Positions 10,911 to 22,666 of a stretch of 64,000 nt of DNA are shown here, in pieces. The notes under the pieces were generated by a model. That model was not told the origin of the DNA. It saw nothing but the letters and a program-made list of their open reading frames with translations, and ran no database searches. This DNA is from Limosilactobacillus gorillae. Its GTDB lineage: Bacteria; Pseudomonadota; Alphaproteobacteria; CAAGCB01; CAG-977. A program made the translations under genes and the position numbers. The stretch's first letter is position 1; every line of letters starts with the position of its first letter. The stretch is taken from assembly GCA_963604715.1 (NCBI GenBank), contig CAVCSV010000009.1, forward strand, positions 1,927-65,926, written 5' to 3'.

Positions 10911-11086
10911 TGATGAATACTCCATTCAAGTTAAAACGTAAATTTGCTCTTAGATGTATCACAAGCCGCGCGTTTAAAAAAGCATTAAAATGCGTTCAAA
11001 GCGTCTTTTTATATAAAAAGCCTGTTGCCATTATCCCGCGCAGACTTTATTATCGGCGTAACTTTATACCGTTAAAGGATAATCCG

Positions 11087-12988
11087 ATGTTAAAATTTTT
11101 CCGTGATAAAAAAGACAGCTGGCTGGTCAAGGGCATTTTGATTCTGACGGCGCTGAGTTTTATGTCTTTGTTCGGCATCCAAGGGATGAGCGAAATGCGC
11201 ATCCGCAACCGCCCCGTGGCGACGTTGAAAGGGAAAGCGCTGACCATTCAGGACTTTTTGAACGAATACAACCGCAGTATCGAAATGTTGCGCCGCTTGT
11301 CGAACGGGGAATTTTCCCAAGCCGCCGCGAACGAAAGCGGTCTGCCGATGCGCACGCTGAACGAACTGGTGTCGCGCGCCGTGCTGGAACGCGTCGTCGA
11401 CACCATGCGCTTGACGGTGTCCGAGGACGACGTGCGCGAAACCGTGCGCAACATGGCGGCGTTTTCGGGCTATGACGGCGAATTCAGCATGAACGTCTTT
11501 AACGAATACCTGCAAAACACGGGTAAAACGGAACGTCAATTCATTTCCGAAATGTTTTTGCAGCTGAAATCGGATCAGCTGCTGGACGCGGTCAGGGCGT
11601 CCGCCGTCGTTCCGCGCGACATCGCCAAAATGATGTACCGCTTGTACGGCGACAAACGCGTTGTCGACGTGTTCACAATCGACCCCGCGAAAATCAAAAT
11701 CGCGAAAAAGCCGACCGCCGACGAATTGCAGGCGACGTACGAAAGCATGACGGACGATTTAATCGCCCCCGAATACCGTTCGGTTTCCGTCATGGCTTTG
11801 ACGGTCGACGACGTGGCGGCGAAAATCAAAATCACGAACGAAGAACTGCAGGAGGCCTTTGCGGAAAACAAAGACGCGTATACCGTCGAGGAAATCCGCG
11901 ACGTCGACCAGATGCTGTTTGTGTCCGAGGACGAGGCGAAAGCCGCCGAAAACGCTTTGAAGGCGGGAAAATCTTTTGAACAGGTCGCCAAAGACGTCGC
12001 CAAACAGACGCCCGAACAAACGAAATTGGGCGACATCACGCCGTCGACCGCGACGGGCGATTGGTCGGACGCGGTCTTTGCCGCCAAAAAAGGCGCAATC
12101 GTCGGTCCCGTGCAGACGTCTTTCGGCTGGCAGATTTTGCGCGTGAACAAAATCACGCCCAAAATCGAAAAATCTTTCGCCGAAGTCAAAAACGAACTGG
12201 AATCCAAGATGAAAGCCGCTTTGGCGTTCGACACGATGACGGAACGTTCGGTGGCTTTGGACGACCGTTTGGGTGCGGGCGAATCGTTGGAAGACGTTGC
12301 CGTTTCCGAAGGGCTGAGCGTTAAAAAATATAAGCACGTCGATTCGACGGGAACGGACGAAAACGGCAAAGCCGTCGATTTGCCCAAAAGCGTTCTTGCC
12401 GTCGCGTTTATGAGCGACAAAGGGCAGGTTTCCCCGATGATAGAAGAGGGCGACGCTTACTATGTCGTGCGCGTCGACGCCGTTGTCGAACCCGCGGTGA
12501 AAAGCCTTGAAGCCGCCAAAGCCGAAGTGGTCGCCGCCTGGACGGCGGACGCGCGGAAAGCCGAGGCGCGCAAGCTGGCTCAATCCGTCAAGGAACGTTT
12601 GGAAAAGGGCGAAAAGGCCGCTTTGGTTGCCAAAACGAAAAATGTTTCCTATGAACAGATGCCCGAAGTCGGACGTTTTGACGCAAAGCTGCCGCAAATC
12701 ATCCGCTATGCGCTGTTTACGCAACCCGTCGGGGCGGTGTCCTCGACCCCTGCGGACGGCAAATACATTGTTGCCAAATCAATCAAAGCCGTTCCCGTCG
12801 ACCCCGAAACGGATTTGCTGGGCGTCGACAAAACGCGCCGTGCTTTGACAAACGAAGCGGCGGAGGAACGCGCCAACACGGTCTTGGCGGCGTTCGGTGA
12901 GGACTTCCGCCTGACACTGAAAGAAGACGCGGTTGCGGAAGCGTTTTCGATGGTAACAAAAACATCAAGCGCCGAAGAAGATTACTAA
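11087..12988 (+). CDS. ppiD: periplasmic chaperone / peptidyl-prolyl isomerase PpiD (SurA-N plus parvulin domain)
   Basis: Start MLKFFRDKKDSWLVKGILILTALSF (N-terminal TM anchor) with an AAGGA RBS. The 5' extension from 10838 overlaps tpiA and is rejected. Confidence 0.8.
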   Translation: MLKFFRDKKDSWLVKGILILTALSFMSLFGIQGMSEMRIRNRPVATLKGKALTIQDFLNEYNRSIEMLRRLSNGEFSQAAANESGLPMRTLNELVSRAVLERVVDTMRLTVSEDDVRETVRNMAAFSGYDGEFSMNVFNEYLQNTGKTERQFISEMFLQLKSDQLLDAVRASAVVPRDIAKMMYRLYGDKRVVDVFTIDPAKIKIAKKPTADELQATYESMTDDLIAPEYRSVSVMALTVDDVAAKIKITNEELQEAFAENKDAYTVEEIRDVDQMLFVSEDEAKAAENALKAGKSFEQVAKDVAKQTPEQTKLGDITPSTATGDWSDAVFAAKKGAIVGPVQTSFGWQILRVNKITPKIEKSFAEVKNELESKMKAALAFDTMTERSVALDDRLGAGESLEDVAVSEGLSVKKYKHVDSTGTDENGKAVDLPKSVLAVAFMSDKGQVSPMIEEGDAYYVVRVDAVVEPAVKSLEAAKAEVVAAWTADARKAEARKLAQSVKERLEKGEKAALVAKTKNVSYEQMPEVGRFDAKLPQIIRYALFTQPVGAVSSTPADGKYIVAKSIKAVPVDPETDLLGVDKTRRALTNEAAEERANTVLAAFGEDFRLTLKEDAVAEAFSMVTKTSSAEEDY

Positions 12989-13099
12989 AACAAAAAGGCT
13001 CGGAGAAATCCGAGCCTTTCTTTTCCCAACGGGGCAAGACTCGCGCAATCGTTTCAAAAATGATACGATTCGACCGTTAAAATGATACGATTGCTTCCT

Positions 13100-14920
13100 T
13101 TATCTGCCCGCCGTTTTGGATTGTTTCAGCAGGGCGGCGGTCTTTGTTTGCGTCATGCTTGGCGTCAGCTGTTCCAGTTTGTCGACGTAGCCTTTCATCA
13201 TGCTCAACCCCTGTTTCCAAAAATCGGGTTTGGAAACGTCCAGTCCGAACGGCTGAAGCAGTTTATCGGGACGTTCGGTTGAACCTTTGGCAAGCATTTC
13301 CTTGTATTTTTTGGGAAAGTCCGCGATTTTGCCGTCTTTGTATACCTGATACAGCGACGAAGTCATACATTCCCCGTAAGCATAACCGTACACATAAAAC
13401 GGCGTTTTCAGCAAATGCGGCACATCCGCCCAGCACGACGACGACCGTTCGTCGTTAATCACGGCGGGACCCGTCATTTTTTGTTGGGCGGTCATCCAAG
13501 CGTTGTTGATTTCGGGAACGGAAATCGCGCCCTTTTCCCGAACGGCGGTATGAATGTCTTCCTCGTAATGGTGCAGGGCGATTTGGCGGAACGTTGTCAG
13601 CATGACGCGGTTCATTTTGTCCGACAGCAAAGCAAAACGCTGTTTCGGGTCTTTTTCACGTTTCAACAATGTATCGAACGTCAGCATTTCTCCGAAAATC
13701 GAGGCGGTTTCCTCTGTCGTTACGGGCATTTGCATTCCAAGCGAACCTTGTTTTTTTGCCAGTTCGTAGTGGATGCCGTGTCCCAATTCGTGCGCCAAAG
13801 CCAAAACGTCGTTCGTCGTTCCGCCAAAGCTCATTTTGATATACGGCTTGCCGTTGACAATCGGCATTGCGTATTCCCCCGGTTCCTTGTTCGGGCGGGG
13901 TTCGGCGTCAATACGTTTTTCGTCAAAGAATCCGCGCGCGATGTCGCCCATTTCCTTGTCGAAAGAATCGTAAGCCGACAGCACGATGTCCTTGGCTTCG
14001 TCAAACGTATAGCGGCGCGGTTTGATGCCAGCGGCGGGCGCGTTTCTGTCCCAATAGCCGATTTTGTCGCGACCCGCCCATTTTGCCTTGAGCGCATAAT
14101 AACGGTGCGCGACGGACGGGGCGGCTTCGTCGACGGAGGATACCAGAGCGGCGACAACGCGGTTGTCGACTTGGTTTGATTTGTTGCGCGATTCGACGGG
14201 GGATTTGAAGCCTTGTGCTTCGTCGGAAAACGCTTTGTTTCGGGCAACGGTGTTGACGACCGAAGCAAAGATGCCGGCTTTGCTTTTGTAGCCGTCGTTC
14301 ATCGCTAATCCCGCTTTGTACCGTTCTGTTTCGTCGGCGGAATACGCCATGGCGTACAAATCGTTTGCCGTTGCTTTTTTGCCGTTCAGCGTAAAGTCAA
14401 TTTCGTTTGCGGTTTTGTCGTACAGCATCAGGGCTTTTCGGGTTTCGTCGGCGTTTTTATCCAGCCGCGCCAAAGCCTTGGCGTCCAAATCCACCCTGTC
14501 CGCGCGCACCCGTTCAATCCAAAAACCGTACTTTTGCGCCGTTTTGTCCGTCATCAGGCGGTTCAGGGCTTCATCGGGCAAATCGGCGATTTCGGATTCG
14601 AAAAAATCCGTTTTGCCCAAAATGCCGTTCGTCCGCGCCTGCGTTTTTTCGTAAAAAGCGATGTTGCGTTTGTCGGACATATCCGCCGTGTAAACCATTT
14701 CCGAAAAAGCGTCGAGTTTATCGGTTTTGGCGTTCAGCTTGTCATAATCGGCAATCATCTTGCCGAAATCCGCGGGGCGCATGGCGGCGATTTTTCCCTG
14801 ACCGCGCAAGGCGAATCGGCGCGCCTGCATGGCGGCGGCGGACAAATCTTTGCCGATTTGCGGATCGTCGATTGATTGATACAGCGGGGTCAAATCCCAG
14901 CGCGGCGGCGTGTGTTCCAT
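13100..14920 (-). CDS. pepF: oligoendopeptidase F, M3B family
   Basis: Zinc motif HELGHGIH. Start placed at MEHTPPRW (AGGAG RBS) rather than the upstream ATG at 14980. Confidence 0.85.
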   Translation of the reverse strand: MEHTPPRWDLTPLYQSIDDPQIGKDLSAAAMQARRFALRGQGKIAAMRPADFGKMIADYDKLNAKTDKLDAFSEMVYTADMSDKRNIAFYEKTQARTNGILGKTDFFESEIADLPDEALNRLMTDKTAQKYGFWIERVRADRVDLDAKALARLDKNADETRKALMLYDKTANEIDFTLNGKKATANDLYAMAYSADETERYKAGLAMNDGYKSKAGIFASVVNTVARNKAFSDEAQGFKSPVESRNKSNQVDNRVVAALVSSVDEAAPSVAHRYYALKAKWAGRDKIGYWDRNAPAAGIKPRRYTFDEAKDIVLSAYDSFDKEMGDIARGFFDEKRIDAEPRPNKEPGEYAMPIVNGKPYIKMSFGGTTNDVLALAHELGHGIHYELAKKQGSLGMQMPVTTEETASIFGEMLTFDTLLKREKDPKQRFALLSDKMNRVMLTTFRQIALHHYEEDIHTAVREKGAISVPEINNAWMTAQQKMTGPAVINDERSSSCWADVPHLLKTPFYVYGYAYGECMTSSLYQVYKDGKIADFPKKYKEMLAKGSTERPDKLLQPFGLDVSKPDFWKQGLSMMKGYVDKLEQLTPSMTQTKTAALLKQSKTAGR

Positions 14921-14980
14921 GGTTTTCGCTCCTGATTTTCCTTTTGTATCACAAAAAGGAAAAACGGACAAGCACGACAT

Positions 14981-15024
14981 AAAAAAACAAGCGGCTTGCC
15001 ATCGGCAAACCGCCCGTTTTTTTT
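14981..15024. terminator. bidirectional terminator between pepF and hup
   Basis: GCGGCTTGCC-atc-GGCAAACCGC stem flanked by an A7 run and a T8 run. Confidence 0.6.
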
Positions 15025-15037
15025 AACTGTGAACAGC

Positions 15038-15310
15038 TTAGTTCACGGCGTCCTTCAAGCCTTTGCCGGCTTTGAATTTCGGCTGTTTGGAAGCCGGAAT
15101 GTTGATTTTGGCGCCCGTGCGGGGGTTGCGGCCTTCGGTCGCAGCGCGCGTGGCAATGCTGAACGTGCCAAAGCCGACCAAACGGACTTCGTCGCCTTTT
15201 TTCAGAGCGCCTTCAACAGCGTTCAAAAAAGCGTCGACGGATTTGGCGGCATCCGTTTTGGACAAACCGGTGTTTTTAGCTACTTCAGCTACGAGATCAT
15301 TTTTATTCAC
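15038..15310 (-). CDS. hup: DNA-binding protein HU
   Basis: 90 aa, MNKNDLV...GFGTF...RNPRTG HU/IHF signature. Confidence 0.95.
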   Translation of the reverse strand: MNKNDLVAEVAKNTGLSKTDAAKSVDAFLNAVEGALKKGDEVRLVGFGTFSIATRAATEGRNPRTGAKINIPASKQPKFKAGKGLKDAVN

Positions 15311-15467
15311 TTGAGGACTCCCTCTAAAAAATTAAAGATTAACTTCGATCCGTTGTTTCGAATCTACTGCGGATTTTAAAACAATCTTTTTAACCTCGTC
15401 AATCAAAAAGGTTGCATTTCCGCCCTTTTTCATAAAAAAAGCCCCCCTTTTCGGGGGGACTTTTGCT

Positions 15468-16619
15468 TCATTGTCCGTTTTTCGCCGTTTGGTACGCCCA
15501 ATCCAGCCAAGCGCACAGTTTTTCAACGTCTGTCGCTTCGACCGTCGCGCCGCACCACACGCGCAATCCCGCGGGCGCGTCCTTGTACGAACCGCAGTCA
15601 TACGCCGCGCCTTCGTCGCCCAGCAGTTTGACCATTTTTTTGCAAAACGCCTTTTGGCCGTCCGCGGACAGTTCCGCAAACCACGGCGCTTTGATTTTCA
15701 GACAAACGGAAGTGTTGGAACGGTATTCCGCCTTGTCCGCCAGAAAATCCGCCCAATCCGAAGCGGCGACGAATTTTTCCAAGACTTTGAAATTGTTCAT
15801 CGACCGCGCAATCAAGCCTTTTAACCCGCCGACGGATTTGCCCCAGTTCAGGGCGTCGATGATGTCTTCGACGCAAAGCATGGACGGCGTGTTAATCGTG
15901 TCGCCTATAAAAATGCCTTCGTTGATTTTGCCGTCCTTTTTCATACGGAAAATCTTGGGCATCGGCCACGCGGGGGCATAGCTTTCCAAGCGTTCGACGG
16001 CATGGGGGCTCAGCACCAGAACACCGTGCGCCGCTTCGCCGCCCAGCGCTTTCTGCCACGAAAAGGTGACAACGTCCAGCTTGTTCCACGGCAATTCCAT
16101 GGCAAAAGCGGCGGAGGTCGCGTCGCAAATCGTCAAGCCCTTGCGGTCGTCGGCAATCCAATCGCCGTTCGGAACGCAAACGCCCGATGTCGTACCGTTC
16201 CACGCAAACACAATATCGCGGTCTTTGTCGGCTTGGGACAAATCGGGCAGTTTGCCGTAGGGCGCATCAAAGATGCGCACATCGGTCAGCTTCAGCTGTT
16301 TGGTGATGTCCACCCCCCAACCTTTGCCGAACGTTTCCCATGAAAACACGTCGATTCCACGCGGTCCCAGCAAAGACCACAGGGCGGCTTCCACCGCACC
16401 TGTGTCCGACGCGGGCATAATACCGACGCGGTAAGATTCGGGAATTTCCAGCACTTCTTTCATCAAATCGATGGCGAGTTTCAGCCGTTCATGCCCCAAA
16501 GCGGAACGGTGCGACCGCCCCAAATCGCCCAAAAACAGATTTTTGGCATCCCAATTCGGACGTTTGGCGCAGGGACCCGATGAAAAATTCGGGCAGCGGG
16601 GTTTTGTTTCGGGTTTCAT
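15468..16619 (-). CDS. serC: phosphoserine aminotransferase
   Basis: 383 aa. N-terminus [11 protein letters not shown] typical of SerC (class V aminotransferase). Confidence 0.85.
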   Translation of the reverse strand: MKPETKPRCPNFSSGPCAKRPNWDAKNLFLGDLGRSHRSALGHERLKLAIDLMKEVLEIPESYRVGIMPASDTGAVEAALWSLLGPRGIDVFSWETFGKGWGVDITKQLKLTDVRIFDAPYGKLPDLSQADKDRDIVFAWNGTTSGVCVPNGDWIADDRKGLTICDATSAAFAMELPWNKLDVVTFSWQKALGGEAAHGVLVLSPHAVERLESYAPAWPMPKIFRMKKDGKINEGIFIGDTINTPSMLCVEDIIDALNWGKSVGGLKGLIARSMNNFKVLEKFVAASDWADFLADKAEYRSNTSVCLKIKAPWFAELSADGQKAFCKKMVKLLGDEGAAYDCGSYKDAPAGLRVWCGATVEATDVEKLCAWLDWAYQTAKNGQ

Positions 16620-16629
16620 TTCAATCCTT

Positions 16630-18006
16630 TCAGCGGGCTTCCAAAGCGGCGACTTCAGCCATCAAAGCGTCGGCGATTTCGTCCGCCATGGCTTTGATTT
16701 GGTCGCGGTTTTCGCCCTCAAGCATAATGCGGATAAGGGGTTCCGTCCCCGACGCGCGAATCAGCAGACGACCGCTGTCGCCCAGCGTGCGTTCCGTTTT
16801 GTCGATGACGATTTTCAAGCTGTCGCTTTCCAAAGCGGTTTTGGCAAGCGTTCTGTCCGACAGGCGGACGTTTTTCAACAGTTGCGGCACGGGTTCGAAC
16901 AGGTGCATGACTTCGCTGACGGGGCGTTTTTCTTTCAACACGGCGGCGCAAACCTGCAACGCCGCGACCAATCCGTCGCCCGTCGTCGAATGTTCGCCCA
17001 AAATCAAGTGTCCCGACTGTTCGCCGCCCAGATTGTAGCCGTCTTCGCGCATTTTTTCGACGACGTAGCGGTCGCCGACTTTCGTGCGGATGTGGTTCAT
17101 GCCGTTGGCTTTCAAATAGCGTTCCAATCCCAAGTTCGACATCACGGTCGTAACCACGCCGTTGCCTTTCAGAATGCCCGCCTGTTTCCATTCGCGGCTG
17201 ACCAGAGCTAAAATTTGGTCGCCGTCGATGACTTGTCCCTTTTCGTCGCAGACAATCAAGCGGTCGGCGTCGCCGTCCAAAGCAATGCCGATGTCCGCGC
17301 CGTGTTTGACGACTTCGTCGCACATGCGGTCGGTATGCACCGCGCCGCAGTTGTCGTTGATGTTGCGTCCGTCGGGTTCAACGCCGATAGCGACGACTTC
17401 CGCGCCCAGTTCGTACAAAACGGTCGGCGCGACGCGGTAGGACGCGCCGTTCGCGCAGTCCAGAACGACTTTCAATCCTTCAAGCGTTTTGCCGCGCGGG
17501 AACGTCTGTTTGGCGTATTCGATATAGCGTCCGATGGCGTCATCCAGCCGTTTGGCTTGACCGATTTGCGACGACGGCGCCAAATAGTCGTCAATGTTGC
17601 CCAGCACGCGGGATTCGATTTCCAATTCGGTTTCGTCGGACAGCTTGTAGCCGTCGGGACCGAAAAATTTGATGCCGTTGTCTTCGTAGGGATTGTGCGA
17701 TGCCGAAATCACCACGCCCAAATCGGCGCGCATCGAACGGGTCAGCATCGCCACGGCGGGGGTGGGCATGGGGCCCAGCAGCAAAACGTCCATGCCGACG
17801 GCGGTAAAGCCCGACGTCAGCGCGGTTTCAATCATATAACCCGACAAACGGGTGTCTTTGCCGATAACGACGCGGCAGCGGTGTTCGCCTTTTTTGAACA
17901 AAGACCCCGCCGCAATGCCCAATTTCAAAGCGATTTCAGCCGTCATCGGGTATTGGTTGGCTTTGCCCCGAACCCCGTCCGTGCCGAACAATTTGCGTAC
18001 TGCCAT
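16630..18006 (-). CDS. glmM: phosphoglucosamine mutase
   Basis: 458 aa. Active-site Ser motif ISASHNP and [15 protein letters not shown]-terminus. Confidence 0.95.
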   Translation of the reverse strand: MAVRKLFGTDGVRGKANQYPMTAEIALKLGIAAGSLFKKGEHRCRVVIGKDTRLSGYMIETALTSGFTAVGMDVLLLGPMPTPAVAMLTRSMRADLGVVISASHNPYEDNGIKFFGPDGYKLSDETELEIESRVLGNIDDYLAPSSQIGQAKRLDDAIGRYIEYAKQTFPRGKTLEGLKVVLDCANGASYRVAPTVLYELGAEVVAIGVEPDGRNINDNCGAVHTDRMCDEVVKHGADIGIALDGDADRLIVCDEKGQVIDGDQILALVSREWKQAGILKGNGVVTTVMSNLGLERYLKANGMNHIRTKVGDRYVVEKMREDGYNLGGEQSGHLILGEHSTTGDGLVAALQVCAAVLKEKRPVSEVMHLFEPVPQLLKNVRLSDRTLAKTALESDSLKIVIDKTERTLGDSGRLLIRASGTEPLIRIMLEGENRDQIKAMADEIADALMAEVAALEAR

Positions 18007-18085
18007 AATAAAACTCCTTTTACGGTCGAATTTGCTTTGTTTTAAGCAAACACGACCGAAAGCTCAATACACTTTTGGTTACAAT

Positions 18086-19954
18086 TTATTCGGACGCTTC
18101 GTCGTCGTCCGTTACGGGAACGGTCGAACGCGCCGAGATGTGAACGCCCTCTTCCTCGCGGGAGATTTTTTCGCCTTTTATCAAAGCGTGAACCTCGTCC
18201 GCCGTCAGCGTTTCGTATTCCAAAAGCCCTTGAGCAATGCGTTCCAGTTCGTCGCGCTTTTCGTGCAGAACCGATTGGCAATGCGTATACGCTTCGTCAA
18301 TCAACGCCTTGATTTCCGCGTCGACGCGCGCCGCCAGTTCTTCGGAAACGTTTTTGCGTTGGGAAATCGAATAGCCCAAAAACACCTCGCCGTCAGGTTC
18401 TTCGACCGCAATGGGACCGATTTCCTTGTTCATGCCCCATTGGGTGACCATGCTACGCGCAATGTTCGTCGCAACGCGGATATCCTGCGACGCGCCCGTT
18501 GATACGTTTTCCGCGCCGAAAATCATTTCCTCCGCCACGCGCCCGCCGAAACAGATGCCCATGCGTTCTTTCAAGTAGATGTACGACCGCGAATCCTTGT
18601 CGTCCGTCGGCAAAGACATGGTAACGCCCAGCGCCCTGCCGCGCGGAATGATGGTGACTTTGTGCAGCGGGTCGGAATGCGGGGATTCCAGCATCATCAG
18701 CGCGTGTCCCGCTTCGTGATAAGCGGTCAGTTTCTTGTCGTCCTCGGTCATAATGTGGGATTTGCGTTCCGCGCCCATCATGACTTTGTCCTTGGCGTAT
18801 TCGAATTCCGCCATGGTGACCACGCGCTTGTTGCGGCGCGCCGCCAGCAAAGCCGCTTCGTTGACCAGGTTCGCCAAATCCGCGCCCGAAAATCCGGGGG
18901 TGCCGCGCGCAATTTTTTTCGCATCGACATCGGGACCCATCGGGCTTTTTTTCATATGAACCAGCAAGATTTTTTCGCGTCCCGCCAAATCGGGATTCGG
19001 CACGACGACCTGACGGTCGAAACGTCCGGGGCGCAACAAAGCGGGGTCAAGCACATCGGGACGGTTCGTCGCGGCAATCAAAATCACCGCTTCGTTCGTG
19101 TCGAAACCGTCCATTTCGACCAGCAGCTGGTTCAGCGTCTGTTCGCGTTCGTCGTTGCCGCCGCCCAATCCCGCGCCGCGGTGACGACCGACCGCGTCGA
19201 TTTCGTCAATAAAGACCAAACACGGCGCGTGTTTTTTGGCTTGTTCGAACATATCGCGCACGCGCGACGCGCCGACGCCGACGAACATTTCGACGAAATC
19301 GGAACCCGAAATCGTAAAGAACGGCACGTTCGCCTCGCCCGCAATCGCTTTCGCCAGCAACGTTTTCCCCGTTCCCGGAGGACCGACCAGCAAAACGCCG
19401 CGGGGGATTTTGCCGCCCAAACGCTGGAACCGTTCGGGGTCTTTCAAATAATCGACGATTTCGACCAAATCCTCTTTGGCTTCGTCAATGCCCGCGACAT
19501 CGGCGAACGTGACTTTTCCCTGTCCCTCTATCATACGGGCGCGGGATTTGCCGAAGCTCATTGCCTTGCCGTTTCCCGCCGCCATTTGGCGCATAAAGAA
19601 CACCCATACGCCGATGAACAAAATAAACGGCAACCAGTATACAATCCCAGCCCAGAACGAGCTTTCGCCCTCCAAAGGAACGGCGGTAACGCGCACGTTC
19701 TTTTCCAGCAGCAACGGAACCAATCCCGCGTCTTCGGGGGCGTACAAAGCGAACTTGCGCCCGTCTGTCAGTTGTCCCGCGATTTTGTTGCCCTGCAGGA
19801 CGACTTCCTGCACCTTGCCGTCCTGCACCTGCTGCGTGAATTCGGAAAAAGCCAGCGGCGCCGCGGCACGGCTGACCGAGCCGCCCGAATACGAATCGTA
19901 CAGGGTAAACAGCAATACGCCGACAATCAGCCAAACAACTATATTTTTGTTCAA
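18086..19954 (-). CDS. ftsH: ATP-dependent zinc metalloprotease FtsH
   Basis: 622 aa. Walker [12 protein letters not shown] region, zinc site HEAGHAL. Confidence 0.95.
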   Translation of the reverse strand: MNKNIVVWLIVGVLLFTLYDSYSGGSVSRAAAPLAFSEFTQQVQDGKVQEVVLQGNKIAGQLTDGRKFALYAPEDAGLVPLLLEKNVRVTAVPLEGESSFWAGIVYWLPFILFIGVWVFFMRQMAAGNGKAMSFGKSRARMIEGQGKVTFADVAGIDEAKEDLVEIVDYLKDPERFQRLGGKIPRGVLLVGPPGTGKTLLAKAIAGEANVPFFTISGSDFVEMFVGVGASRVRDMFEQAKKHAPCLVFIDEIDAVGRHRGAGLGGGNDEREQTLNQLLVEMDGFDTNEAVILIAATNRPDVLDPALLRPGRFDRQVVVPNPDLAGREKILLVHMKKSPMGPDVDAKKIARGTPGFSGADLANLVNEAALLAARRNKRVVTMAEFEYAKDKVMMGAERKSHIMTEDDKKLTAYHEAGHALMMLESPHSDPLHKVTIIPRGRALGVTMSLPTDDKDSRSYIYLKERMGICFGGRVAEEMIFGAENVSTGASQDIRVATNIARSMVTQWGMNKEIGPIAVEEPDGEVFLGYSISQRKNVSEELAARVDAEIKALIDEAYTHCQSVLHEKRDELERIAQGLLEYETLTADEVHALIKGEKISREEEGVHISARSTVPVTDDDEASE

Positions 19955-19961
19955 ATCAACC

Positions 19962-21218
19962 TCAAACCGTTAAGGGCGGCGTCCATTCCGCCGTTTGCAC
20001 CAAAGGGTACGCGGGCGCGAATACCGCCTGACAAGACATTTGATTCTGTTTATACCCCAAATGCGGGACAATACAAAGCTTTTCGTTTTCAAAAATCGCG
20101 GGCAGGGTCGGAACTATCCTTTTGGGGATGCCGATTTCGGTTTTCATCGGGCGGTTCAGCGCGCCGACGGCAAGGTTTTCAAGCGGGGCGCCCGACACGG
20201 AAACCGCAAATCCGCCCCAGTACGCAAAGCCCGTTTTGTCAAACGAAGCCGCGGGCGGCAAAGAGCGTTCCTCGCGCCAAATCAGGATTTGCTTTTTAAA
20301 GCAGGGGGCAATGCGGCAGCCGCCCAAAGTACACCCGTGAAAATCATTTTTGATGTGGAAAATCAAAGCGTCAAGAGCTGCGGCGTCGGGGGCGTAAGGG
20401 GCGTTTGCGACGACACGCAAAATCTCGCCCAGCGCATACGGCAAAACGGGATTTTCCGTTTTAAAGGCATCCTGCGGCAAAAGGGCGTACCCCATAGGGG
20501 ACAGCGTTAAAAAACGGCGGTAAAAATCGGCGGTTTGTTCTTCCAAAACACGGCGTTTTTTTCCGTAAAGCACCGTTTGACGGAAAGCGTTTTCCAGAGT
20601 TTCCGCCGATACGGTTTGCCGCAACCGCCCGCGTTCGAACTGCGTTGTCGCGTTGGTCGGGTCTTCCACCCAAGACAAGCCGTTTTCATGCGCAAATGTC
20701 CGCAATTCGGACGGTTCAACCCCCAAAAAAGGGCGCAACATTCTGCCGAACGCAAAGCTTTTCACTGCCGACATGCCCGCCAGCCCGATTTCGCCGCTGT
20801 GCCGTGCCTGCCGCATCAAGAATGTTTCGGCTTGGTCGCGCTTGTGATGTCCCAACAGCAGATTGCGGATTTTCAGCCGACGGCACGCGTCGAACAGCAA
20901 AGCGTAACGGTGATTGCGCGCCGCCTGTTCTATGCCTGTCTGCGGTTTTTCGCCTTGCCAAATCAGAATTTCGGCTTCAACACCCAAAGCGTGCGCCCAA
21001 TCGGCAACCTGTCGCGCTTCTGCGGCGGATTCGGGACGCAAGCCGTGATTGACGGTCAGCGCGACTACCCGATTGCCGTTTTGTTTTCCGAAATCGACGG
21101 CGGCTTTCAACAAAGCCATGCTGTCCGCGCCGCCCGATACGGCAACCGCCAAAGCGTCGCCGCTTCGGACGCCGAACGCCGTCATCGCGCGGGCGAATAA
21201 ATCGGGAATCAGCGGCAT
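19962..21218 (-). CDS. tilS: tRNA(Ile)-lysidine synthetase
   Basis: PP-loop [10 protein letters not shown] near the N-terminus. 418 aa. Confidence 0.85.
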   Translation of the reverse strand: MPLIPDLFARAMTAFGVRSGDALAVAVSGGADSMALLKAAVDFGKQNGNRVVALTVNHGLRPESAAEARQVADWAHALGVEAEILIWQGEKPQTGIEQAARNHRYALLFDACRRLKIRNLLLGHHKRDQAETFLMRQARHSGEIGLAGMSAVKSFAFGRMLRPFLGVEPSELRTFAHENGLSWVEDPTNATTQFERGRLRQTVSAETLENAFRQTVLYGKKRRVLEEQTADFYRRFLTLSPMGYALLPQDAFKTENPVLPYALGEILRVVANAPYAPDAAALDALIFHIKNDFHGCTLGGCRIAPCFKKQILIWREERSLPPAASFDKTGFAYWGGFAVSVSGAPLENLAVGALNRPMKTEIGIPKRIVPTLPAIFENEKLCIVPHLGYKQNQMSCQAVFAPAYPLVQTAEWTPPLTV

Positions 21219-22096
21219 GAAATTTTGGACATTTCCTTTTGCAGCCGTTTGGTCATGCTGTCGGACACTTTGGGATATTCGGTCGAAAAGTTTTTAAACG
21301 CGATGCAGGCTTCTTCTTTTTTGTTCATACGCGCCATGGTCAGCCCCAGTTTGAACAGATTGTCGGGGGCTTTCTGACTGTCGCGGTATTTCTGGAATCC
21401 TTCGGCGAAAGCGACGGCGGCTTTGTCGAACTGTCCGCGCGCGAAATAGGATTCGCCCAGCCAATACTGCGCATTGCCCGCCAAAGAATTTTTCGGGTGC
21501 AGTTCCAAAAAGGCTTCGAACTGCTTTTCGGCGTTTTTGTAATCCTGTTTTTTGATGGATGAAAAAGCTTCGTTATACAAAGTTTTGGCGTCTTTTTTAC
21601 CGTAAGCCGATTTGATTTTGTCTTTTCGGTCCTTTTCGGCTTTGACGGCGGCGGCTTCTTTGTCTTTGCGCTGTTTTTCGGCGGCTTTCAGCGCTTTTTC
21701 GGCGCGCGCTTTTTCTTCGTTGGCCTGGCGCAGCTGCTGTTCGACCTCTTTCAGGCGGTTTTCCAAATCGATGAAGCGCTGATTGTTGTCCTCCTGCACG
21801 CGTTTTTGGCGTTCGGTTTCTTCGGCGCGTTCAAACCCCATCCGTTCGACGTCGCCCGTCAGCTGGCGCACGTTTTCCTCCAAATCCTGAATGCGCACGA
21901 CCATTGCATCCGCCGTTCCGTCGTCTGCGGGGCGTTTGGGTGAACCGACATAGTTGTTGGACAGCTTTTTATTCAGATTTTTCAATGACTTTTCCAGTTT
22001 GTCCATTCTGTCGGACAAATCGGAAACACCAGCGCAATTTCCCGAAACGGGGGTCAGCACGGCAACGGACAAAAGCATACAAAACAACATTTTCAT
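21209..22096 (-). CDS. cpoB: Tol-Pal system protein CpoB/YbgF (coiled coil plus TPR)
   Basis: Signal peptide, long coiled coil, and C-terminal TPR repeats (YWLGESYFARGQFDKA). Position immediately after pal. Confidence 0.8.
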   Translation of the reverse strand: MKMLFCMLLSVAVLTPVSGNCAGVSDLSDRMDKLEKSLKNLNKKLSNNYVGSPKRPADDGTADAMVVRIQDLEENVRQLTGDVERMGFERAEETERQKRVQEDNNQRFIDLENRLKEVEQQLRQANEEKARAEKALKAAEKQRKDKEAAAVKAEKDRKDKIKSAYGKKDAKTLYNEAFSSIKKQDYKNAEKQFEAFLELHPKNSLAGNAQYWLGESYFARGQFDKAAVAFAEGFQKYRDSQKAPDNLFKLGLTMARMNKKEEACIAFKNFSTEYPKVSDSMTKRLQKEMSKISCR

Positions 22097-22166
22097 TGTG
22101 TTTAACCCTGATAGAAAAAGGAGTGCTTTATTATAAAAGCACTCCTTTCTTTACGCTACATTTTTT

Positions 22167-22595
22167 TTATTCCGTAACGATGACCGTTATGGCGCGTCGG
22201 TCTTTTTTCCACGATTGAGGCGTATTTTTGGTTGATGCCAAATCCTGTTCCCCGAACGAAACGACGCTGACGCGGTTCGGGTCGATGCCGTTTGCCGCAA
22301 AGTACGCTTTGACGGATTCGGCGCGTTCCATGCCCAGCTGCATATTGTGCGTCGTGGAACCCGTCGGATCGGTATAGCCTTTGACAATGACCTTTTTGTT
22401 CGGGTTTTCTTTCAGCCAAGCGATTTGCTTGTCCAGCACCTGTTTGCTTTCGGGCGTCAAGTCCGCCTTGTTTTGGGCGAACATCACTTTGTTTTGTTTG
22501 AACGTTTCCTTGAACGCTTCGCATTTTGTTTCACGATGGGCGCATCCCGTTACCAACAGCAAAGCCCCCAAAGCCCCCAATACGATTTTTTTCAT
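22167..22595 (-). CDS. OmpA-C/Pal-like lipoprotein (second copy)
   Basis: Start MKKIVLGALGALLLVTGC (lipobox, AGGAGG RBS). OmpA-like domain YTDPTGSTTHNMQLGMERA. Confidence 0.8.
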   Translation of the reverse strand: MKKIVLGALGALLLVTGCAHRETKCEAFKETFKQNKVMFAQNKADLTPESKQVLDKQIAWLKENPNKKVIVKGYTDPTGSTTHNMQLGMERAESVKAYFAANGIDPNRVSVVSFGEQDLASTKNTPQSWKKDRRAITVIVTE

Positions 22596-22613
22596 CTTAT
22601 CCTCCTTGTTCAA

Positions 22614-22647
22614 TAAAAAAAGCACCCTTATTGTAGGGTGCTTTTTC
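22614..22647. terminator. bidirectional terminator between the two pal-like genes
   Basis: AGCACCCT-tattgt-AGGGTGCT flanked by an A7 run and a T5 run. Confidence 0.6.
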
Positions 22648-22666
22648 AAATCGGATAAGCTGTCAA

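Noticed and set aside
10838-11086. 5' extension of the ppiD ORF back to 10838
   Set aside because: It overlaps the tpiA coding region on the opposite strand. The PpiD N-terminal TM anchor and RBS are at 11087.
18662-20299. 545-aa + strand ORF
   Set aside because: Antisense to ftsH and tilS. Arg-rich shadow ORF.
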